A stretch of 64,000 nt of DNA from Glycera tridactyla (GCA_965644265.1 OZ286461.1:63984001-64048000); one strand, 5' to 3'; shown: positions 1-15,057, numbered from the stretch's first letter. Notes: generated by a model from the sequence alone, not told the origin. A program made the numbers and translations.

Positions 1-60
1 CAACTATTGGATGGATGACAGACGATTCTGGCTAGACTGTCACAGCCTAGATGTCTCATA

Positions 61-311
61 GTTTTACAACACATAGGTCCGTCGGTAGTCCACGTTGGAA
101 ACGAGTAGGCAATGATGACCAGAGCTTTGCGGATCTGATGCATGTCGCAGGTAAACGATGCTGACCAGAGTTTTGCAACACATAGGTCAGTTGGTGGTCG
201 GTGTTGGAGACGAGTAGGCAGTAATGACCAGAGATTTGCAGCGCATCTGATGCAGGTTGTAAGTAGACGTTACTGACCAGAGTTTTGCAACACATAAGTC
301 AGTTGGTGGTC
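61..311. repeat. About 110-bp tandem repeat, about 2.3 units
   Basis: GTTTT(A/G)CAACACATA(G/A)GTC at 61, 170 and 282. Confidence 0.85.
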
Positions 312-1029
312 AATGCACATTCACGTCCTGCAGCCACAGGGGGTACCTCTCAACATTTCGGAGAAACCATCTTATTGCATTTTCTCCATGTCTGGGGTAC
401 CTAGGTTCAGAATCAAGAGGGTGTGGACCTCTAACCCTGGAGCGTTCCGAAAACACAAAAATGGCCGCCAAGATGTGTTCGCCTTTTTCGCCACACCGAG
501 ATGATGCATGTGGGTAGGCTGTATTTTTTATGCTAGTGCAATTGGCAACATGATATGAAATTTGGTAAGGAACACTTCTGTAGCAGCTTGTTTTGACGGC
601 GGTGCTTCATCTGTATGATTCAGTCGCGACGTCATAATTTCTACAACTTCTACAGTCAACACTTTCCTGATGATAGTAATGATAATGATGAATATAACAA
701 TGATAACAACAAGCACAGTATTTGATGAATGTTATTAGTCACACAGTCCGATATTGATGTGACAGCTCCTAGAGTTTATCGTTGCTTGAATGCTGGAAGT
801 TTCAGCCACAATTTCACATCGTTGTAAGTATAATTCCAATTATTAGAGTCATTTTTCTACAAGGATAGTACTTACGATGATGTTTCAAGAAGGGTAGTGA
901 TTACATTCGAACTATGGTGCACAATTCTTATCACTATCTTCCCTTTAACAGTTTATCGTGACTTATTGTTGAGAGGTCCTATTCCATTAATCGATAGCCT
1001 GAACTCATCGTCAAAAGTCGAGGAAAGAA

Positions 1030-2620
1030 CATGGCCTCTCATATGAGACATGTTTTGATGCCATCAATATCACTATGGTTGCCATGGTAACCATGGCAAC
1101 CACAAATCACAATCAATTACCCTATATATGTCACTAGCGCCATGTCTTGTGAAGATTTACACAAATAATTTGCCCTTGATTTTGTGGAATGTCTTAACAG
1201 AGATCGTATGAAACATGTAACTTTTTGAATTTCTTCATGTACTTGATAATATTGCACATCATATCCTCAAAAATATGCAATTTTTCAAAATTTGGTGATC
1301 AAAAATTCCAATCTTGCAAAAAATAATCAACAATTCAAGAGGAAACATCATTAACTTCTCATGAGAAAAGCTCCCTAATGAAGAAGAATTATCATTATGA
1401 GTGCAGGTACATAGGAGACATGGCGCCAGCTCAAAATGTGTGATTCTAAATGAAATATCAGGTAACCTGGTTACCATGACAACCGTCGCCATGGTGTCAG
1501 ATACTGTATATGGCGAACGTCAAAGCCTTTCATTGTGTCAATATGATGATACCATTCATTGGTTGGTAAGTATTGACAGTCTTCTCAAATACTGAATATC
1601 TGTCAAGTTGGATTTTCAGCCGTGGTATATCTGCAATTGCATTAATGACATGAGCAGATGCTTATCCTGTATGTTACTGCTTGAGCCAATATCTCAGTAT
1701 GTCTGTCGAATTTGCTATGCCATCGCAAAATGACTGTTTTCGATACCAATATGGATGGCAACCACCAAAACCACCTGACATGAGAATGTGGCACAGGTGA
1801 TAGTAGCCAAGCAACACAGTATTTCCTCATATCTATTCCAACTATATCAGGCAGTTTATTCCTAGCTGTTAATGCAAGTCAGACCAAGACAGCCATGTAT
1901 CCCAACAGTAACAATCTAATTTGAGAATGTAGTTTATCCTGAACATTGAATGGGATAATCACTGATATATTCATATGGTCAAGTGGTGCAGCTTCATTTT
2001 GCATGGTTTTATAGTTTGTCTACCTCATTCATGGTTGCCATGGCAACCATGGAAACAGCAAATTTGCACCTAGAATGATATATTTGTCTATGGCGCGAGC
2101 TATTCATGCTATATGGATTCAAACTTTTTGCCTAGAGATGTTCAGTGACCAAGCCTGAGTAATACAAAATGAGGGGGATTTGCGTATCACACATACTTCT
2201 GGAGATATCTCACTTGAAATATGGAAATTTGGACAAATTTTGGAAAATTTCAGCATTTCAAGATGAATATCTCTGACAGGAGAGCACAAATCAAAATCCC
2301 CCTGATACAGGCATAGAGAGTCGATGTAAGTCCATTTTAATGATTGCAAATAATCGATTTAATATCTATAGTTAGGTGGCGCCAGAGCCAAATGTCAAAT
2401 TCTGGTTGAAAAATCCTTATTGCCATTGTTACCATGGCAACCAGGGTCATGGTAACCATGACAAATTGATATCTCTTGAAAGTCAAACATCCGACCAGTT
2501 AAGCTATGACAATTATCATTTGGTACTACATGCTGAAATTTGGTGAGATCTAATATCAGACTAACAAGTTCATTCAACTTTTGAATTCCCTTCAAACTGC
2601 ATTAACTGCTTGAGAGGATA
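1030..2620. repeat. Unclassified interspersed repeat family with GTTGCCATGG/CCATGGCAAC palindromes (two diverged tandem modules)
   Basis: Palindromes at about 1077-1101, 1461-1492, 2032-2052 and 2421-2462. TGGCGCCAG...AAATGT...GTTACCATG(A/G)CAAC is shared between about 1420 and about 2378. Confidence 0.6.
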
Positions 2621-4699
2621 CAATTAGGCAACTATTTCGAATAGTGCGGTGTAGTTTTTGGGTACAGTTTGGTTGTTCCATCATTTGAGTTTTGAAATAT
2701 GTAAGGTTCAGTGTTGTCTGTCCTATTATTTGAGTATTGAAGGGGGTTAGATACAGAAGTGTGTGTGGTGCAATATTGGTTGTTATATCATTTGATTATT
2801 GAAATTGGTTAGATACATAATGTGTTAGCTGCAGTACTCAATTAGACAGCATTGTTTCAAATGGTGAGCAGGTCTCCTGCTCTGTCGTTCTGCCCATCTC
2901 ACAATGGAGAGGTCCCAGCGTGAAACTCTTATACCTCATCGTTGCACTCCACCTCAGTGTGAATGTGTCCTTGGCGTAGGTGATTTTGGTGATTGTAGAG
3001 TGCTTATTCCATGCAGTTGAGTCTGTATTTATGGTTGTATACTGCCTTGAAGACATGGGGATGACCTGCTAAAATGTAATTGTGAAGTCAGCTGAACTTC
3101 TCGCAGATACCAGACTGTGGAGCACGACATTAACATTTCATTTTGACATTTACATTGATAGAGCACCGCCCAGACTGTCAATGACATGCAAATGTTGCCG
3201 CTGGAAGGGGTCAGAGAGGGGTCGTTCTCTGAATCCAGTCGGATATTACACGTCAGGTCGTATGTAGTGAAGAATAGGATTCCTGGCTTCTTCCTATCCA
3301 GATGATGGAGGTTTGGTGATAGGCTGCACTCAAACCTCGCCCTCGCAGAATGTCATCTATCATTATCATGCATGATCCTCTGTGTTGATACCTGCCTTCA
3401 AACATCAATCAATTAATAAATCAACCGATAGATCGATCACCATTATCATCATCGTCATCGTCATCATCAATAACATCATTATCATCATCATCATCATCAT
3501 CGTCGTCGTCGTGCGAGGGTATACAAGAATTCCAATGAATGGAAGCCATGAGCTTCAATTGTAACCCAGATTCAAGGACACAAATTGTTGAGATTTTTCA
3601 GCGACACATTTCATTTTAAAGTGCATTTGACAGCATTTACTGATTAAGCTGTAATCGATTAGAGCCTGCAGCACATTCATTGATAATTTAATAATTGTAT
3701 TTGTGAGAGATGGAATACGTGACTTTTGTCACGTACCTCCGCTAAACACGGACTATTTTTATTCACTTTTGAAGGCATGCAAATGGGATTGATTCGCGTA
3801 GGCCATACATAAATCTTCTGTATGATTTCGCAACTAATCGTCCAACAGTTGGTTTGGAAATCCTCGAACATACCTGCAGCATCTCGACAAATCACGTTCT
3901 TCGCTTGAATCTCTGGCCTTTGTATAATCATTGCAGTAAATTTGGGGTATACTGAATAGGTAAAGTCAAATTTGACCCCAAGTAAATATGATAAGATCAG
4001 AAAAATCTTCGGATTCAGATTTCACTGTTACAAAAGCCTTTCCAGTTCGAGTTCAAGTACTCGATATTTATTTCGAGTATGCAGCATATATTTGGTAGAC
4101 TATATGCAGTGAGTCATGAATTCCCATTTCTTGCTCTTGTCCAGATGTTGAAATATTCTAGCTTTCTGGACCATGATGAATTTTTCAGACATATATTTCC
4201 ATTCTGAACACTAACTATGAGATTGTGACGATGATGTTGGTATTCTATAGTGAGAGGTATCGCGGGTAGTAGATTGACGGGATAGCATAGAGAAAAGACC
4301 GAGAGTGTGAGAGAAAAGAAGAGAAGAGAAAAGAAGAGAAAAGTGGTTGGTCGAAGACTGAGACAGGTAGGTGAATAAAGTGAAGAGATTAAGAGGAGGT
4401 TATGGAGAGAAAGACGGGGGGGGGGAGACAAAGATATGCATCGACAGAGACAGAAATGAGGAGGGATTATAGATTACATGAGGAATGGGGAAAAGTCACT
4501 GAAAAGGGGAAGAGAGATATAAGAGGGAATGGTGAAAAGAGGTGGAGAGAGCCGGAGACATATGCTCACACACAAAGACGGACACATATACACGAAGCTA
4601 TGGGATTTAAGGGCATGTAGTCTCTATCAAAATCCTCAGTAATTTCCACACAAATGAGATGCCTCAATCAACTGACAGGCAAATACGACTCCCGTAGTG

Positions 4700-4865
4700 A
4701 AAATGTCAATGTAGTGGTATGCAGTCTGGTATCCTGGGCAAGTTCAGCCAACTACACAACTACACCCTCGGTAGGCCTCACTTCCCATAGTCAAGTACCG
4801 ATTCACACCTGGGTGAAGTGAAGTGGTGGAATACATAGGTTAAACTCACTTACTTCCAAACAGTA
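4700..4865 (-). mobile_element. Possible SINE central-domain fragment
   Basis: The minus strand reads CACTTCACCCAGGTGTGAATCGGTAC, similar to the CACCCAGGTGT.AAT.GGTAC block of tRNA-derived invertebrate SINEs. No intact A/B boxes seen. Confidence 0.4.
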
Positions 4866-7312
4866 GTTGAAAAGTCATCCCACTTTACCATATGAATATG
4901 TTTAGAAGGTGTTTTTGCTTCTGTAATTGATATCGCATATCCGAGAGTCATATAGCAACTGAGAAGGTTGGACTGATCCAGATTGGTGTACATTCACTAG
5001 ATAACAGAATCAATTCAGGAAAAGGAATACTTGTCAATCAATCATTTCTTGACTCCGAAAATCGTCTATGTCCAAGTCAGCATGTTTCCTGAACCATTGG
5101 CAGCATGATCTTTTATACCGACGGGTTGTGTCAGCAGAATATATTTCGTAATCAACTTCCACTTTCCGAGTCGTTTACTTCATATACTTGTGAGATGGGT
5201 CATGCCCCAAACTGGTTTCTGCCTATAATGCATGCAAGTCACATATGTTGCCTCCAATCAGCCCACAGCCAGTTCAAAGAGCAAGGAATTTATTCTGTTG
5301 AAACCAAGCCAAGATCAATGATGCCAGTAATTCTAGCTGTAATAGAGTCGTTAAGTGGGTGAGTAGTGTTCGGTCCCCTGGCATTACTTCACCTTATTGA
5401 AGTCCTCATTACATGCCTTTCGGCGACGACAAAAGTCGTTTAGAGTGAATGAAAGTAAAAGCCGAAATGTCTTGAATGACGTCAATCTGTCTTGATAAAG
5501 CTTTCCAATCAGACTGTTACTCAAAGCATCAAGTTGAAAGGTTATCAGGACCAACATTGTTGTCATTGATGGCCTACAGCTATAGCTTTGTTACGTACGT
5601 ACGTATGTATGCATATGCATATGAATGTAGGTATGCATGTACCTATGTGATAATTACCGTTCAACAATTAATAATATTCTCATCAGTCGATGACAAGTCG
5701 AGGCAAAAATGGTGGAAATATTGAGCTGGAAAATTATAGAGCTATCAAATTTACAGACAGAATTCGGTTTATTCATACTTCAATCTCGATTCGTAATGAT
5801 TCGAAGTTGCTGACCAATCTTCACCGACCCCTGACGGGTCTATCCGACTCGGCTCCTCAAAAATGGTTGAAAATCGAATGAAAACATAATGCCAGAAGTG
5901 CGGGGTATCACCCTACACTCAAAAGATATATCTATATACATACTAATAAAGACGAATAAGCAGGTTTGGCGGATTCGTACCGCATAGCGCATAACGTGAT
6001 ATGTAGTGGAAAAATGACTTAGTACTAGAGTATATATGTAGAGTATGTAGAGGTATTGAGTTTTCACAAGAAATGAAAGGTGATGCCCTGTCAGTGATAG
6101 TCTTATAGGTGCTTACTGAGCTTTCCTCATTCCTCAGATGAGTCCGTGACACAGTGCCTGAGAGCGCTGGCACCGTGCTCCTGGTGTTAGGCTCAAGCAC
6201 GACGTGAGATGAGTACGTTCTTCCATATCTGGCTCTACCGAAAATTGTGTCGCCAAAACTTTCTCGATCCAAGGTTCATTTAGTCACTTGTTCAATTTTT
6301 CTTCAGGTTCAATAGCTTAAATATGGGTTCCCCCAGTTTTCCCTGGGTTTTGATTTCCTGCAGTTCTTTCCAAGGGGGTTCTTTTCTATGTTCAATCCCA
6401 TAAAAAACATAGTTCCAACAAGTCTGTGCATCGGATTGTCTCCACTTCAGAGTCTCAGAGTTATGCTATGGTCCCTGTTTGGGTAGATATGAATGAAAGC
6501 CAAAGAGTGGATTCTCATATCCTTGAGGCCCAGGTGGTTTAATGATGGAAAATGTCAGCTGACATCTTCTACCAATTTTCCCTACCTATCACTCTAGATA
6601 TCTGATTAGTACTGGTTCAAGTCTGGCAGACATACTGTTTGGAGTTAATTTCACATGTAATGCAGTCGTGAAATTACTGATTCAACCTTGGCCTCATATT
6701 CACGCCCAGTCGTGGTAGTCAAAATTGTGCCCAATTCATCTTAGAGAGGAAAAACAGGAAAGAAAAATATATACCACTGTGCACCTAATGGATACAGGAA
6801 TGTGACAGACGGATTGGGCACGTATCCGACTAGTGACAGCCATGGAATGAGGATAGACACCGAGAGATTTAGCAGTCCCTGCCTAATGCTGGCTTTTACA
6901 TCTATCGCACACCAGGGTCATCGCAAGTAGATGGCACGTCTACCAAGATCGGCATAGATACGGATTATTTTCTCACTGGCTTTCTCCCTCCTAGCCAACT
7001 TTGCATGCAAATGTGAATAGGATGAGAATGTTGGACTCGAATTTATTCTGGGTTAGATCTGATGTGTCCAGACTCAGTGATGGGCTTCATATCTTGAGAA
7101 CTTTATAANNNNNNNNNNNNNNNNNNNNNNNNNNNNNNNNNNNNNNNNNNNNNNNNNNNNNNNNNNNNNNNNNNNNNNNNNNNNNNNNNNNNNNNNNNNN
7201 NNNNNNNNNNNNNNNNNNNNNNNNNNNNNNNNNNNNNNNNNNNNNNNNNNNNNNNNNNNNNNNNNNNNNNNNNNNNNNNNNNNNNNNNNNNNNNNNNNNN
7301 NNNNNNNNNNNN

Positions 7313-7361
7313 GCAACAGCAGCAACAACTCCACCGCCACCACCACAACCATGAACACCAC

Positions 7362-7417
<56 letters not shown>

Positions 7418-7450
7418 ACATCAACAACAACATCATCTTCATCTTCATTT
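7313..7450. repeat. (ATC)n / (AAC)n microsatellite next to an assembly gap
   Basis: Direct reading. Confidence 0.95.
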
Positions 7451-10400
7451 TTATCCTTCTTATAGTTTTGAAAATTGTTCTATCAAATCATTATCAGGCT
7501 ATAGTCACCGATGACCCTTCTACCTCCATCGCGTATTCATTTTCTCCTGAGAGTTCCATCAGGTAGATTTCTAATGTTATTACCCACTGAAAGCTGATGC
7601 TTGGGCTCTAGGCTATTGTTTCAAAGTTATTGAATCGTATCCATCATCATTGTGATCAGAATATTCCTTCATCGTACAATGAATTCGCATCTCTTAAAAG
7701 GCACCTAGGATATCGATTCGAAAGAGATATGAGATCATATCTCATCATATTCCCTAAATTGTTGATGAATGAGAGACATGGAACATGATATCTCATCGTG
7801 GTTGTTGGGAAGAATCATATCATGTATATATTTCCGTTGTCTCAAAGCTGTCATTGTTTTTTTCTGCGACAGAAATGAGATCAGATTTTCCGTCATTGTC
7901 TCTGGACATGTCGAAATAAGAAGAAATGATATACTCATCATTTTCATCAGGCTATTATTCTATGGCATCAGGAGAACATGTGAGGAAAGAGACCATGTCT
8001 CCCCCTGGTCGCTATGTTATTGTCGTTTGAAAAGAATTGAGGTCCCTTCAACCTGCCAATTTATCTATCAACCCCTTCTCCAACCATCCTACCTTAATGA
8101 TCGCCACAAGCATGGATGGACATTGTTTATTGATTCACCCACCATAGCTTGATCTCAGGCCACATAACTTGTCCTGAATTACGGATCAAGAAGCGCCGGA
8201 GTACGGACTGTTGCCTACAATGAAGTCTACTTGCCCGCTGACAAGTTAGTATGGATTGTACTGATAGTCATTAGACGAAGACCCCTCACCCCCTCCCATC
8301 ATAAATTCGGCAGATTGTCCTAGATAATGTCCTTTCATGAGTAAATCGACAACTTCATTTGTGCTTTCACGGCGTCTGATTCAGAGATGGGTTGTGCTGC
8401 GGGGTCTTGTGATTGAGCCACAAATCGATGGCGATTGATGCAACTGATCTTGATACATATGCGATAGTCCAACAATGACCTGATCAAAATTACCTGATTC
8501 TATTTACCACCCCATGCTCTCTTTCGCGATTCTGTTTCTCAAGTTCAACTTCATTTCTTGTATCTGATGTTTCTTGTGTATTGTATCTGATGCTTTTACG
8601 TGCTATTTCATTTTTTTCCGTATCTTTCTCATTGAATATGTTCCAGCATCATCAATTTTTATATTTGAGTTCCATGTTTTTCGCAATATATATCATGATG
8701 GTATGGATGAAATGAGGTTGATTACGTTCTTCACCCTCGCTAACTTAAAAGAAAAGGTTTGCTGCGTTTTTGATCAAGATTTATGTGTATGCTTCGGTGG
8801 AACCAGACATATCTCTTCACTTGAGAGCAAAGCTTAACCTGAAAAAAAGATATTGGCAGAATATCAGGAAGATCTTATCTTACAGTCTGCAACAGTGAGC
8901 ACCATTCAAATATAAGATATATCCATATGAATGATTTCACATTCAAACAAAAACAAATATTTTCAGGGATCTTCATTTGCTCTGCTCCAATCGCAACTTG
9001 GTCATATGACCAGGGTGTTCGCTTCACAATATGTTTTTTTGGACCAGTACAGCACCATTCATGTCGTTTTGTATGTAGATTTAAATAGCACCTATGGATA
9101 TCGAGGTATTCATCTGTTCTTCAGATGCCATCCTATCCGAAGAAAACAACTATATGCTGTTTGCAGGAAATGCAATGAGTGTGTGAATCGGAGTGTGTAA
9201 GAATGGGTATGTGAATTTCGAAAGCTATCGGTACTGAGTGGAATCCATCAGCAGAGTCGTATCATGGAGAGTCGACCATACCCATTGCTGATGAATCAAT
9301 CAATGACACCAATTGATCCATAGAAATTGGACATTATGTCCCCAGCAGTGATCTCTTAACGAGAAGTTAACATGAGATGTCTGCTATGCTGAGACACGTG
9401 GGCGATATTCAGAGACCTCGCCCTTGGTAGAGGATTCGAAAAGAAAGTCGCCGACACCTCGTGCGAAGCGCATAAGGTATGTATATCAGGTCCAGCAAAA
9501 GCAGCATCATTTGGTGCACCGCTGCCAAAGGGAGGCTGGTGGTTGTTATTCAAATCCGTTGCCAAGAGCCTTATTAGGAGCAAGGTAGGGAACCCCGTGT
9601 GTCTGATGAAATTCTCAAATCATATTGTTGAAGGGATTTGAGAAGCAGATTTGCCTGAGCCATTAAAATTGAATGGCTGTGTTAAGTTGATGTTTGATCA
9701 ATTAATCCTCCCTATAAGTCGTGTGTACTGTGCTTTAAGGGGGATTAAAACCTAATCAGCAAACTGGTGAACAGTGTTGCATGCTTGCGAATCCCAATTA
9801 AGAGTCATTCCGAGTTCCCCAGTCTCTTGATACAGAGAGTGACATCCCTATAGGGTATGCATTATTACTAGCCAAGGGGCTAGTAGGTATACATCCGATA
9901 TGTGATCCCAAGAGATCATTCTGATTATAACATCATGAGTATCGAGGAAGGTTGACAAGTGTGAGTTTCAGATAGTCAAACACACCCCCACACACCTCAT
10001 GTGGATCGGGATGATCCATCAATGGCATATACACCTATTCTACAGAATAAAAGCAGACATTGGGGTTTGACAGCAATTATTTCATTTCAAGAAAAGCTGA
10101 TTGAAGCGAGAGCATACATAAGCCTCGAAGAATACTTGGGGTCTTGCAATGATGTTTTAATTTTTTTGTTGGAATCTTACCAATGGTCTTTAGGCGGATG
10201 AAATATTATGGTTAATGTCGTTGTTTGTTGTCAGGAATCTCCGGCAAGCTTATCGGGTTGGGAGACATCAATTTTTGGCGATGCACTCAAGTTCTTCCGC
10301 TTCGCTCGACAAGAAAGACTTCTCGAGTAACTCACTGATGCATAATGATTGACCACGAAATATTTCAAAGACGGTGTTCGACCGGTTTCTACGTCAGAAA

Positions 10401-13400
10401 TTGCTTGTCTTTCCCTCGGATGCCTCCAACTTTAGATTAAAGGATGCTCACTTGAAGTGAGAAGCCGTTCATGAACCTAAATACTTTGCCAATCAGTGGA
10501 AGATGGAGTGGATCAAACAAGGCAAAGAGAGACGAACAGACGNNNNNNNNNNNNNNNNNNNNNNNNNNNNNNNNNNNNNNNNNNNNNNNNNNNNNNNNNN
10601 NNNNNNNNNNNNNNNNNNNNNNNNNNNNNNNNNNNNNNNNNNNNNNNNNNNNNNNNNNNNNNNNNNNNNNNNNNNCGACATACGAACTGACGTAGATGTG
10701 AGAGGGAAAAAGAGGATAGAGTTTGGCTAATGTGTGCGTGCACGCGTGTGTGTATCCACCTCAAGAATATCAACCCTGAAATCTCGGAATAATCCGACTA
10801 ACGAGAATGACCTAGAAAGCTACAATAATCGACCAACCCAAAATATACCGTGATTACCAAGCTGTGCCATGTTCCATGACAGTGACCTCTCGGGAGTCAA
10901 AACTCTTTTCTGATGCTGCAACTTTATTGAAGGCTTGCTTGCAAATTGTCTCATGCCTTCCTCGTCGAATCTATTCCTAACGAAAGTGCTACAATCTGAG
11001 CACAGCCATGAACGTTCATCATTTATCAGAGGCATTGAATTGTCCGTTGTGCGCATTGGCGATCTTGTTCTTGGTGGTTCCATATATATCACTCGGGGAA
11101 TAGCATTGGATTTTATAGAACGACTTCCCCACTTCTTTATTAGAAGTTATCTGTTTCATATGGTACTCTGCCGGGTGAACAGCTGTCCCTTCTGCTAAAA
11201 GGGTATCAACTCCCGAGTATAGTTTTGAACACTTTGTAGTAGGATATGATATTCAAAGATAAAACACATTGGAGCAGACCGGAAGACAAAGCATCCCCGT
11301 ATATTGGATAGAACCAAGCTGATGTAGGGCAGTATTGAACTCAGAGGAGACTCATTCAAGGTCATGGCAATGAATTATTGATGGGATACAGAGTGACTGG
11401 GCCTGGGATGGATTACACAACACTCGTTGAAGAGTAACCCATCAAGACGTGTAACTTCTTATAACTCAATTTCCAAGAATACATTTAGCCGACCTTGGCT
11501 TTTTCAACATACCGTTACTTCAAGTGATAAGAGGTATATGCAATGAAAGCTACCGAAGATTCTCAAAAAAATTGCGATTTTCTTGGAAATATGAATTAGG
11601 CATAGCAGGTAGACGTCATGCATCCACGTACCGGATTAATGTTTGGAATTCTACCATATTCCGTTGATTTTATGATGTTTCTGACCTTCATGGTGCTTTT
11701 GTTGAAGTTGGTTCGGAATGCATAAAAACAGTGTTCACTAGCATCTCCAGGAGAAAACGAGTAGTGGCTATAGACAAAAAATATCGAGCACTGATGCTCA
11801 CTGAGACTAATGCCTTTTCCGGTCAGAAGCCTTTTTTTTTGTTCACAAGCAATGCTTTCAGCCAGTCAGGAGCTGATCAACGTGATGCTATGCAGGAAGA
11901 TACGTTTTTCCAAGTTGACAGCTGGCTCGTTTTGTTTGTTTCTTACCCATGCCTGTCGGAGAGCATGAAGCCATAGTGATGAAAGATACAGATTTTACAG
12001 AAAGTGATGGCATAGGCAGATATTCGGTCGTCTTTTGCTAGGCATGTGATTCACTATGAATCCTACCTCGTGTTGAGAAGCTTATATCTTCAGCTATAGT
12101 GAGGTCTCTCTCTAGCATATTCAGAGCTCCGACTAAGAGGCTTACCTTTGGAGTGTGTGAGTCCGGGCAGCTCGTTGGATTCCCAGGGCTGAGGATCGAA
12201 TCCAGGGTCTCAAAAAAGGTGATTTCAATATGAGGTCAACCTGTACAATAACTCTCACCGGTCAAAGTTGTTCACATACCGGAATGATACTGTGAGCTTG
12301 TAAACGGCCTAGTGACTTGAATCTTATATAAGAATTTCCTGAGAATTAATCTGAATTTTATATGGGGATTTCCTCCTGAGAATCAATCTGTTCGGGTGTT
12401 ACACTCCTATTTGAGATGACGGCATGAACTGTCAAGATCTTGTCTGGGCGGTCGATTCTACTACAGATATGGATGATCAATTGATTGATTAAAATTTGAT
12501 GTCAGGTATCGACCCAGAGAATTATGTATACCACGTGCTCCTGTTCAATGAAAGCTGTCCTGTCCCTGGAGGCATCCCCTGCACTAACCAAGAACATAGG
12601 GTGGTGGGGAAATTGACAGGTCGCCAAGTGGATATATGTGAAAATTCAGACACACCTCTACCTACTCGACAGAAGCATATTGAATCTGTTAATGGCGCAT
12701 CTACATGTGTAACTGGCTATAAACTAACATTCAAGACCTCAAGACTAGTGCAGTCGAAGTTGTCCTAAGTAAGACATGTACTAAGCAAGAACTATGCATC
12801 AGGATTCTGCTCATCCCACCAGAGTGTTTTCCACTATATTTAGCCTGTTCCAAGCATGATCTCGCTCTGAGCACACACATTTTCCACGTTACGTGGCTCC
12901 ATGCTTAGGACTGTAGCGATGCTTTTCAAGCAAATGGCAGCACTCAAAACCTTCAAGACCCTGACAGACGTACCAGATGCTGATAAACGGTTGATGGAGA
13001 TGGATCAGATGAGGCCTTGAATGAGATCACTTATGTTAACGTCACAAATCTAATTTGGACGACCATGATTGAGTTGATGATGTCCCTGATTGGTTTATCA
13101 CTGGAGGCAAGCGGCAAGATAGGCCCCATTGGTGGTTGCTGTCATCACCAGGCCTCTCTCAAGCGGTACATTCCAATGATATCTTGATCACTTCCAGACA
13201 CACAAATAGATGTGATAATGATGTAGAAATCATGTCAACAGTTTCATCACTACATAAGTGCATAACTACGTACGGCCTTATTACAGACTGATACATTCAT
13301 AAATATACCAATTTGATGACAGAATTGATACAAATATCAATGTGATATCAATCATAAAATATACCAGACTATTTTATGAAGCCATGCTTTGAGAAACAGT

Positions 13401-13412
13401 GTCAAAAAAGGG

Positions 13413-14742
13413 AACCAGTAGAGAGAAAAGTTAGATCACATGTTCAAAAAGGTGGCTGCTGTTCTTGACGGTGGTTAATGTTGGAACCCATTTTCAGTGA
13501 GGATCATAGTGAATATTTTGGCATTCTTATTCGAGATAGAAAAACCAGGGTGGACTACTATTTCAGTAGCTTCTGCTGGAACCTCCAATGGAGTAGACGA
13601 ACCTTACCGACACAGACAGTCATAACCCACTCAGCCTTGTTCGGGAAGCAAATCCATCAGCATTCGTCAAGTCACAATGAAAACATGTATCAATGGAAAC
13701 GCTATTCCAAGCAGCAGAGCATTAGTCAATACTGGTTGTTTCGGTCAACCCATCAGCACGGGTTGGCATGTACTGGTCTATTGTGCTACAAATATGTAGC
13801 ACAGCAGAGAATCTGTCTTAATTTTTGTGTTGGGGTCATCCATTGGAAGTGAACAAAAATATGCTAACCCATCTGCATCTACAAATGTGCATTTGACTGA
13901 GCCGAAAAGTGGATTCATATAGTCCTCATCAGTAACACATCCCAAGGCCAAGTGGACCGAAATTTATATACGCACACTATCTGCAGATTCGATGGCTTCA
14001 CCCAGCTTTTATTCAGTTGAAGATGGTCTTACTGACCGTAATTTCAGGGACATTAGATCTGCCCGATATGATGAGAGCCCAATGTCCCTGCCTTGTAAAC
14101 AGAAACATTCATCACACCGGCGGACAATTGGGATAGTGATTCAATATCAAACAGATTGTGGACTTGTAGAAACCAGTAGAGAGAAAAGTTAGATCACATA
14201 TCACAAAAAGGTGGCTACTGTTCTTGACGGTGCTTAATGTTGGAACCCATTTTCAGTGAGGATCATAGTGAATATTTTGGCATTCTTATTCGAGATAGGA
14301 AAACCAAGGTGGACTGCTATTTCAGTAGCTTCTGCTGGAACCTCCACTGGAGTAGACGAGCCTTACTGACACGGACAGTTATAACCCACTCAGCCTTGTT
14401 CTGGAAGCAAATCCATCAGCATTCATCAAGTCACAATGAAAACATGTACCAATAGAAACGCTACTCCAAACAGCAGAGCATTTGTCAATACTGGTTGTTT
14501 CGGTCAACCCATTAGCATGGGTCGGTATGTATTGGTCTATTGTGCTACAAATATGTAGCACAGCAGAGAATCTGTCTCCATTTTTGTTCTGTGTCGGGGT
14601 CATCCATTGGAAGTGAACAAAAATACGCTGACCCATCTGCATCTACAAATGTGTATTTGACTGAGCCGAAGAGTGGATTCAGATCGTCCTCATAAGTAAC
14701 ACATCCCTAGGCCAAGTGGACCGGAATCTATATCTTCCCAAA

Positions 14743-14798
<56 letters not shown>

Positions 14799-15057
14799 GC
14801 ACAATATCTGCAGATTCGATGGCTTCACCCAGCTTTTATTCAGTTGAGGATGGTCTTACTGACCGTAACTTCACGGACATCAGATCTGCCGGATATGATG
14901 AGAGCCCAATGTCCCTGCCTAGCGAACAGAAACGTATCAAAAAGGCAAGACAGTCACAGATATTGTAGGTAACGACTCACACTCATCGGGTCCGAAACAT
15001 CCATCGCACCGGCGGACAATTGGGATAGTAATTCAAACTCAAACAGGAGGTGGACTT
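13413..15057. repeat. Tandem duplication of a about 0.76-kb segment (copy 1 13413-14170; copy 2 14171-15057)
   Basis: Near-identical ORFs at 13478 and 14237 in the ORF track; shared start AACCAGTAGAGAGAAAAGTTAGATCACAT and shared end GGCGGACAATTGGGATAGT...TGGACTT. Confidence 0.95.
14745..14795. repeat. (AC)n microsatellite
   Basis: Direct reading. Confidence 0.97.

Noticed and set aside
9288-9326. CTGATGA followed by an ATCAAT/ATTGAT stem and GAAA (hammerhead-like)
   Set aside because: Five extra bases separate the stem from GAAA, and no stems I/III or NUH site are evident. Other CTGATGA sites checked also failed.
12175-12215. GGATCGAATCC B-box-like motif (tRNA/SINE)
   Set aside because: No A box or cloverleaf could be formed; too short to call.
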